Shown: piece by piece, positions 38,001 through 48,211 of the stretch
Numbering within the stretch: position 1 is the stretch's first letter
How the letters are laid out: each line of letters starts with the position of its first letter
Assembly: GCF_001194135.2 (NCBI RefSeq)
Contig: NC_068981.1
Location: 148,206,845 to 148,265,186 of the forward strand
Length of the DNA: 58,342 nt
Source: Octopus bimaculoides
Taxonomy: Eukaryota
Reading direction: 5' to 3'
The notes under the pieces: model-generated
Told to the model about the DNA's origin: nothing
Database searches by the model: none
Seen by the model: the letters and a program-made list of their open reading frames with translations, nothing else
Translations under genes and position numbers: made by a program

Positions 38001-41000
38001 CCTTTATCTCTTTAGAGCTAAAACACGTTAGAATTAACCCTGCTACAATTAAATTAACTCATCTAAAAACAAAATAATAAAACAAAGCAAGAAGAATAAA
38101 GAAAAAAAAGAACTCTTATCTTAAAAAGGAAACTGAAACAGCAATGTTACTGATGATTAAAGATTATATACATATATACATACATATCATCATCATCATC
38201 ATCGTTTAACGTCCGCTTTCCNNNNNNNNNNTATATATATATATATATACACACACACATATGTATGTATATATGGATATACACACACAAACATATATGC
38301 ATACATATACACATATACTTTTCTACTCTAGACACAAGGCCCATCGACCCCAGTACGCAACTGATACCTAATTTATTGACCTTGAAAGGATGAAAGGCAA
38401 AGCCGACCATGGTGGAATTTGAACTCAAAATGTAAAGACAGTTGAAATATCGCTAAGCATTTCACCCGGCATGCTAACGGTTCTGCCAGCTCGCCGCCAT
38501 ATATATGTATGCATATATATATATGCACACATATATATACATGCAGCCCTCTACACTTAGTTGAAGGGATCCAGTGTTGCAAGTTACTTGGTAACCTTAT
38601 AGGTACTGGTGCCATATAAAAGGCACACGGTACATTCTATAAAGTGATTGGCATTAGCAAAGGCATTCAGCTGTAGAAACCCTGCAACAGCAGGCAGTAG
38701 TGCTTAGCACATTCCTCTGGTTTGTCACGTTTCAAAGCATCCAATCCATGCCAGCATGGAAAATGGACATTAAAGATCCACTATGTTGTTATTTCTAGCC
38801 TTAGGTCGACCTTGACTAAGAAGACGTAAGACATTCCAACAGTGACTATCCCATCTTTTTCCTATGTAAAGGGAACCAAGGATTACACGCTTCAAAGTGT
38901 TCTTTTTAGGATGGTAAGGTTATCTGGAGAAAATTTGGCCGCAACTTTTAGCAGGTCACATGACCACATAAAGACTCTTTCTCATTGGCTCATGAATCAA
39001 TATGAATAGCAGATAATCAAATGTCCATTAAACAATGATGATGCTGCTGATGATGATGATGATTGTGGTGTTGGGGACAGTTGAATAAATAAACTCAGTA
39101 CTTGGAAAAATAAATGTCAATGTTGACTTTGATGAGAATTGAACTCAAAACATTGAGATGTTACCACTTGCTGCAAAACATGTAGTTATACCTCTACTGA
39201 TTCTGCCAGTTTCTAAAGTTGGGTCAAAGTTACAATTTTTTGAGGGATGTAAAGAATTTATTGTTGAGTGATATTTATCGTATTGACCTCAGACGAATAA
39301 CGAATTTGAACTTAGAAAGGAGTTAGGAAGAGCATCCAGTTTGGGAAACCATTACAAAACTACCATTGGAGCTCAATGCAGCCTTGCAGCTTGCTGGATC
39401 CTGTCAAACTGTTCAACCCATGCCAGCAAAGAAAACAGATGTTAAATGATGATGATGATGATAATGATGAATGTAACTAGTTACTTGCAAGCTATTTAAT
39501 TTATCACTAAGTTTCTTCTACTAAATAAACATCATAGGTACAGGCATGGCTGTGTGGTAAGAATCTTACTTCGCAACCACATGGTTCTGGGTTCAGTCTC
39601 ACAGTGTGGCACCATGGGAAAGTGCCTCCTACTATAGCCTTGTGAGTGGATTTGGTACATAGAAATTGAGAGAAACCCATCATGTGTGTGTGTGTGTGTG
39701 TTTTTTGTACCTCACACTGCTTGGCAACCAGTATTGGTTTGTTTACATCCCTGTAACTTAGCAGTTTGGCAAAAGAAACCCATAGAATAAGAAGCCAGGC
39801 TTAAATTAAAATAAGAACTGGGATTGATTCATTCAAATAATAAAAATTCTTCAAGGCAGTGCCCCAGCATGACCACAGTCTGAAACGAGTAAAAATTAAA
39901 AGATTTCTCAAATATGTATTTTGTAGAAGAAACAGTACAGTGACAAAAGAAAGATGGTAGACTTCGCTAAGTGTCCAGTTTAGCACGATCACAAGGCCCC
40001 ATGGGTGTGTGCCTTTAGAGGAAGCTCACTCTGTTGCATGCATTCCAGTTAGGTCTCTGGTTTGAGGATAATTTTATCCCTTTACAACAGTCTTGGGGGC
40101 CCAGACAAAAAGATCACTGCTGTTTATCCTTTGACTAGGCCATAAAAATAAATAAAAGTTAATCGAAATTAATCTTAAAGGATAGAAAACAAAGTCAATA
40201 CCTGAAAGGTTTGATCACAAAATGTAAAGGGGGTTTAACGATAGTGTAGGGCATTGTAAAAATTACTGGTACTGGTGCCACATAAAAATTACTGGTGTTT
40301 GCTCTCTCCATCAAAATGATATTGCCTGAACAGGTGTACAGTGTACATGTCAGGTGTTGAAGTGGTTGTAGAACAGTACTAAATGAATTTTTTTACTCAA
40401 GAACATATCACACCACCCAGTCTAGGAAATGAAACCAGGATCTCACAATCATGAGTGTAACACCCTAACTACAAGGCCAAGCATCTTGACATAGTGTAAA
40501 AGATGGGCTACAACAAATATTGCTTGTCAGTTGCTTGACTGTAACCTGTTGAACATGTCCTTACTGGCTGACAATATGTGCATCTCTGATCATAAGGACG
40601 AGTAGTTGGGGAGCATCATAGCCATGTGTTGAGAAGAATGTTTTGGGGTTTGCATAATTAACTTCTGAAAATATGGGTGTTTTGTTCACCATCCTTGAAG
40701 AATCCTTATTCAGCGTCCTTTTGAGCAGGATGGGCTACTCAACCTGAAGAAAATTCTAACTGGGTCCCACCTGCAAGGTCATGTGCTGTCTATCTTAATA
40801 TGAGATCTCCACATTGCGCACATATAGTTATGATGCATGTGCCTAGTGTGCTCTTATCAGACAGGTAGTCATGATGAGTATACTGGGTTTCATATATTTG
40901 TACCCCAGCATCACTTTGATGGCATGCGCTGCTCTATCACCATAATAATAATAATAATCCTTTCTACTATGGGCATAAATAGGGCCTTAAATTTGTGGGT

Positions 41001-44000
41001 GGATACATCAGTCAATATCATCAACTTGACTAGTATTTTATTTTATTGACCCTGAAACAATGAAAGTTGGCTTCAGCAGTATTTAAACTCAGAATGTAAA
41101 GAACCAGAATAAATACCACAAGGTATTTCGACTGATGCTATAATGATGCTGCCAATCTGCCATGTAGTAAGCACCTATGCTGGAGCCATGTAAAAGGCAT
41201 CCATGTATAAAGCACTGGTGCTGGTGCCATATATAAAGCACGGGTGGTGGTGCCACAAAAAAAGCACCCAACACTCTGTAAAGCGGTTGACATTAAGAAG
41301 GGCACAAAGCTATAGAAACCATGCTACAACAGACAACTGGAGCCTGATGCAGCTCTCTGGCTGCCCAGCTCCTATCAAACCATCCAACTCATGCCAACAT
41401 GGAAAATAGATGTTAAATGATGATGGTGATGAGTTTAGATCAAGGGTCCCTAACCATTGGGCTGTGGATTAATTCTGGGCTGCACAGAAAAAACAATATT
41501 TTATTTCTATTTTATTGACTGTCACATTCTGCAGAGTGATCCTTCAGTCAGCGGCAAAATTGACATGCATGAAAATAGTCTATGGTGCAAAAAAGATTGG
41601 GCCCACTGGTGTAGATTAGGTTTATTTTCACAGTTCTTCCTTGTCTTTGTATGTGTTGATGACACATCAGTTCAATCAATATTTTTACAGCTCAGACACT
41701 TACTAATCCTTACAGGGCTGATCTGGCAAAGAATATGAAGGCAAAAAAGCTGGAGCAGCAGACTCAGAAATTAAAAGTTCCAGGTTCAATCACTGACCTG
41801 ATAAGAGAACATCACCTGAAGATGATTGGGGAGAAAACTAGTGGAAATGTGTCAGCAACACATCCAAGATGAGGAAAATGATCAGCAAAGAAACATCAGT
41901 AGTTATCTTGCTGTGATGTGCCATTTTTGGGGAGCTCTTACAGCAACTAAAGAAATCAGCTTAACAGAATCATAAGATAGGGAGACAAAATACCTTTAAG
42001 GTATTTAATTACAGCCCTTTATTGTCAGAATTCAAATCCTGCTGAAGTCAACTCTCATCCTGCCAAGTCAATAAAATAAAGTACCAGAGTCAATTAATCA
42101 CTCTCACTCCCACCAAATTTCTGGCCCTTGTTTCTATATTAGGAACAATCAATAGTAGTGGATTGGCAGAATCAGTACAGCATCAGATAAAATGCCTTAT
42201 GGACAGCTCTTTGTGTTCAGAGTTCAATCCTGCAAAGATCAGTTTTGCCTTTCAACCTTTTGTAGTTAGTTGATAATGATAACGTACCAGTCAAGTGTTG
42301 GGGGTTAATTTAATTGGTTAAAACCTTTCTACACCTCAACAAAAAAATTTTAAGGATTTCTGCCTATGTTAGAAACAATTATTATTTTGACAAATTCACT
42401 GGAGTTGATGAGGGCTTGACCAAAGAGGAAAGTGTTTACCCTCAATCCTTTCAATTTCATCCACCACACACAGGAAAACTGCCTCCCCATGCTTATTAAA
42501 GGATGGTGGGATCTATCAGATCTGTGGGATTCATTAATTGTCCCTAGTTGGAGGCTGTATTGTATCAGGAAGATTGCATAATCCTTATATTCACATATTT
42601 GTATGCTATGTATACCGATCCTCTCATTTCTCCTCAACTCTTATTTGTTCCACATCGATTTTATATAAAGCCCCATACAAACTATAACCAGTCTCTGCAA
42701 ATAATCTTTCTGTTTGACGCTTCTGCAGCCAACTGAATTACTTGGGTCAATGACATCAACTACCATAACCCTCTCCTCAAAATTACTGGCATTGAGCCAA
42801 AATCAAAACATTATTATTCAAGTTGATAAAATAAAGGATTGGGATCAATGCAATTGACTAAACCCACCTTGAAGAATCAATTACTGGCCTTTTGCCAAAA
42901 TCTAAACAATTATTATTATTATTATTATTATTAAAGAGTCATCATCACCATTGTTTAAGGTCTACTTTTCTATGCTCACATGGAAATTGTTGAGGCAGAT
43001 TTCCTATGACTGGACGCCCTTCCTGTCACCAACTCTCACTTGTTTCCATGCAAAGTAATATTCTCCCTGACAGAGAAGAACAGAAATGACATTACCTGCA
43101 TGGTAGTGATGCTCATTTACAACCATGATGACAAGACAGAAGTATACACAAACATGCACACACACATCTATAAAAACCTCTCTTTCTCCTTCTCCCCATA
43201 TGATAGGCATCTTTCAGTTTCCATCTATCAAATCCATTTGCAAGGCTTGAGTCAACCCAGGGCTATAGGAGAAAGATACTTGCCCAAGATGCTACATAGT
43301 GGGACTGAACCTAAGACTATGTGCTTGAGAAGCAAGCTTCTTAACCACACAACCATACTTAAACCTATGATGATTGTAATAACTGGTAAAATCTCAACTC
43401 CAAAGAAACTGGTATGGATTGGCATAGGAAAATTTATAAAAGACTTTGATTAATTCAATTTCTGTGAGGAATGGAGCCTCTGAAGTTCTTTCCTTTGTCT
43501 AAGAGAAGAAAAGAAAGAAAGTCATAGTGATAACACTACTTTCTCCCTCTCTCTTTCAGATGAGGGGCAAGGACCAGAAGTATTAGGCTCCAAATTAGGA
43601 TCTGTGAAAAATTCTAGGATTCTGTGAGAATAAAATTTAATACAAAATTTATTTTTTATAAAATAAATTGCTTTTTCTTTTTTTTTTAAATGAACAAATT
43701 CATTACACTATAATTCTCACACTAAAACAATTTTTGCTTCATTTAAAGTTTGCCTAAAATGTGAGTGATGAAATATAGGTATTGCACCCATAATTTTTAG
43801 AAAAATGTATAAGGTATTGTGACAAAGTAAAGAAACCACTGCTATTCAACTAATATCTCTTCCTTTAGTGCATATTGTCATCATTACCAGAAATGGTGGC
43901 AGAGTCCAGGAGAGACCTGGACTAAATGCAGCATGGTACTTAAATTTGTTCCTCTATGTTCTGAGCTCAAATCTAACAAGTGCTAGTTTTGCCTTTAATC

Positions 44001-47000
44001 GGATATTAACTAAAATACCAATCAATCAATAAAATTGATTATATGCTTCTCTAAAATATGTGGCCTTGTGTGTTAAAGATAGAAAACAGAACTTTCAGAG
44101 CATAGGACAAAATGTTATTCTAGCTCTAAAACAGACTTTTGCCAAGGTCTTTATCTCTCTGATGTCAGTTAAATAAGGGAGCAGCCAAGTGCTGGGGTTG
44201 ATGATATCAGCTAATCCCTCTATCCCTCAAAATTGTTGGCTTCATGCCTACATCAGAAACAATTGTATTATCTTTTGGGAAGAGAGAAGGGATTGGTAGA
44301 ATCAGTTATGTGACAGACAAAATGCTTAGCAGCATTTAATTACATCCCTTGATGTTCTGTGTTCAAATCCCACCAAAGCCAACTTTGTCTATTATTTTGA
44401 AACTGTTCTGTAAAATGAAACACCAGTTAAATACTGAGGTTCAGTCTCATTAACTTCTTTTTTTCTTCAAAACTCAAAAATACGTGATCTTGTGCCTTTG
44501 CTAGAAATCATTATTATTATTGCTGGCATTTAAAGCCAATCAAGAGAAAATATAAGAAAATTAGATAGCATCAAATTTAGATGAAAAAGAGAAGAGGAAA
44601 GAGCAATAAAGAGATGGAGTGAGAGACAGAACCGCGGGGGGGGGGGGCAAACTTGTTAATCTGAGAGATAATACCATTCTATAGGTTCCATTTCCTCTAT
44701 AAAATGGGGGAACAGATGTCAGTCACTATTTTCATTTATTTATTCATTCATTTAGCAGAGTAAAATTTTTTCCCTGTGAGTAATTCCACACATCGCCTCT
44801 CTCTATAAATGAGAGAGCCAGGAATTCAAGAGAAGACACAAGAATGTTAATGCAATGACACTGCCCCTCTCTAGATAGCAAAACAAATACAAAAATAAAC
44901 AAAAGAGGAAGAAAATAACCACACTGGAATATGCAAAAGGCTGAGATCATAATGATGATGCTTTATTTACTAGGCATAAGGCCAAATTTGTAAGTTAGTG
45001 GGTATAGTAGATATAACATAATGAAATTATAAAACCTAACCAAAAAATGGTTATGGATTAATAAGGCAACCAACAAGGGAGCCTCTACATAACCGCTAGA
45101 TCTGTTAGAAATAGCAACTGAATTTTACTAGAATCATATCCTCTACCTGAAAGAAAAGGAAAAATAAAGACGGAACAGTCACGGGTGGAAAGCCTTTGTG
45201 AACAAGTCTGCTAATTCAGGGCTGACTTGGTGCTAAATAACAACGAAGATAATTAAACAACAAATTTACCACTGCCATGAACTACTATTATTGCTGCTAC
45301 TTCAATAACAACAAATAGCACCAATCTACAACACAAAAACAGGGGAGATGCTAAAAATAGAACACAGAACCCATCTGTATTAGTAGAGGTTTTTCTTCTA
45401 TTATCCCTTTTTTTCTTTTCTTTGGAAGGGGCTATTTTATTATTATTACTTTTCTTTTATTCTTTAATTTGAACTAATAGTTTATTTTATCGACAATATC
45501 TTTTACTCATCATTTTAACATAGGGATCTGACGAAATGTTAATGGGATCCCCGCTGTCACAATCCTTTAGTGATGATTATCAGTCAGCATGTCCTCTTTT
45601 TCCGATGCGAGCTGACAAGCAGCATCAGACGCGAAATCTCTTCCATTCCAGAATATTGACAATACTTCTTTTGCCATGGAAGCAGGTCAACCGAAAGCCT
45701 CCACTACCATCACTATTACCATCATTATCTCCATAGATATATCCTGACTAATATTACCCTGTACCTTGCATTTTACGCGCGTATACACGTACACGAGAGG
45801 AGAGAGAGAGAGAGAGAGAGGGGGGAGAGAGACAGAGTTCCATTTCTCCTTTCCCCTTTGTATTTCAATAAAAATTTCTGTCGCCACCCAGAGAAAGGGT
45901 TAAAAGAAAGAAGAAAAAAAGACATGGAATCAACATATATATTGATTAATGATGCTAATAACTTCCTCATTAACAATGATTACATTCCGCTTAGGTGTCT
46001 CGATCTTAAGAAAGAAGAGATGGTTTCGGAGCCAAAGCAATTCTTCGAAAGACGTGAATGTGTGATGCCATTTATTACATGATTGCTTACATGGCAATAC
46101 GCTTTTTAACAGAGAGAGAAAGAGGGGGAGAGAGAGAGAGATAGATAGAGAGAGAGATTTTAGGGAACAATTTATTATCGTATGATACTACCCGAACTCA
46201 ACAACTACAATATAAAAATACCGAATCAGTAATAATCAACACACGCACACACAAAACGAACGTACCCGCACGAAAGTGAGTGTGTATATGTAGGATAATG
46301 AAAGCATGTAGATATGTTTACGTGCATAGTAACGTATACAAGAGTATATTTATGTATACATGTGTAGCTCAGATAACACAACACACGTGTGCATATTTAT
46401 ATACACGCGTACACTGAAATGAATTTATACATGCATCATTCCATATGAAAAAACTGCTTATGTAGATATTACACGCGCGCACGCACGAGCATGTGTATGT
46501 GTGTGTGTAAGTATGTGTGTCAGTGTGTGAATGTGTAAATGTATACAAACATACACGTGTGAATAATGTATATGAGAGAGAGTCACAGAGAAGGCGAAAT
46601 ATGTGCTGTAAGCAAACGAGATGCTGACAGCCAAAGATCAACGATAATGATAACAACTAGAATTTAAAAAAAAAACGAAAGGATCTTAAAAGAGATTGGT
46701 AAGTTTCTGCTACTATATGTATACGTGTATATACATATAAAAAGAGGGGAGAATTCTTCAACAACAATAAGAAAGGATTTTCCCACAGATGAAATCAGTG
46801 TAACCTAGGAGTTAGTGAGTGAGAGAGTGGTAATAGTAGCATATACCAGCTAAGAATTAAGAAGGAAGAACGAGAAGGAAACCAAAACAATCCGTGGGAA
46901 TGGTTGTCTGACTGTTGTTAAGTCATCTCTTTCTTCTTCATCACCGCCACCGTTACTACAGCCGCTCCAAAATCAAGATTTATCAACACAAGTACAGTCA

Positions 47001-48168
47001 TCACCAGTTTCTTATAATAAACTGTATGTGTGTGTGTGTGTGTAATAATATCAGACCTTATTTTTTAAATTCTCCGTTATGCTATCTACCCGTTTATCTC
47101 TCTATTCATTGTATCTGATGACACTGATAGTGGTTGGTGGTGATGATGATGATGATGATGATCTCATTGCATTTAACAAAGTGGGAAAATATAATGATGC
47201 CAGTGTCATAACTCTCAGAAAGCTAAACAAAAATAAAGAAATGTTTGCATTCAAATTGAAATAGATTTTCTTTGAAAAATAGTTTTGGCGATCATTTAAA
47301 ACCAAAGAGAGCCTGTTAACATTACACACATACACATATATATATAAACACATCTATCTATCTATCTATATATATATATAGGATCGTTTGTAGAAAACAT
47401 AAATTCGAAAGAAGCACACAATAAGATGTATAGCACTATATATTAATTTTTTTAGTGGGGTAGTATATATATATATATATATATATATATNNNNNNNNNN
47501 NNNNNNNNNNNNNNNNNNNNNNNNNNNNNNNNNNNNNNNNNNNNNNNNNNNNNNNNNNNNNNNNNNNNNNNNNNNNNNNNNNNNNNNNNNNNNNNNNNNN
47601 NNNNNNNNNNNNNNNNNNNNNNNNNNNNNNNNNNNNNNNNNNNNNNNNNNNNNNNNNNNNNNNNNNNNNNNNNNNNNNNNNNNNNNNNNNNNNNNNNNNN
47701 NNNNNNNNNNNNNNNNNNNNNNNNNNNNNNNNNNNNNNNNNNNNNNNNNNNNNNNNNNNNNNNNNNNNNNNNNNNNNNNNNNNNNNNNNNNNNNNNNNNN
47801 NNNNNNNNNNNNNNNNNNNNNNNNNNNNNNNNNGGAGTAGTATATATTATATAAATACACATATACACAGTAGTCAAGTATCATTTAAAAACTGATTCGA
47901 AATTTCAATGATGAGAGGAATTGGTTACACTTCACAACAATAACAATTAAAAGACTGGAGAGAAAATTAAAGCGACCAGGGGAATTGTTTTGATGATAGA
48001 AAGAGAACCAATAGAACGCGAAAAACTAGTGGCAGAGAGAGAGAAATACCAAGCAATTATATACAGACTACTATAAGGAGAAAAACTTTCCACGTGTAGT
48101 TCTGTTAATTAATACACAGTAGTAATTCGAAATTAAGAAAGTTTAGAGACAGTGAGAGAGGGATGGAG

Positions 48169-48211
<43 letters not shown>

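Noticed and set aside
45536-45887. Alternative first coding exon inside the CpG-rich zone
   Set aside because: Minus-strand frames close quickly (for example MAKEVLSIF...NHH*), and no good donor in the needed phase was found.
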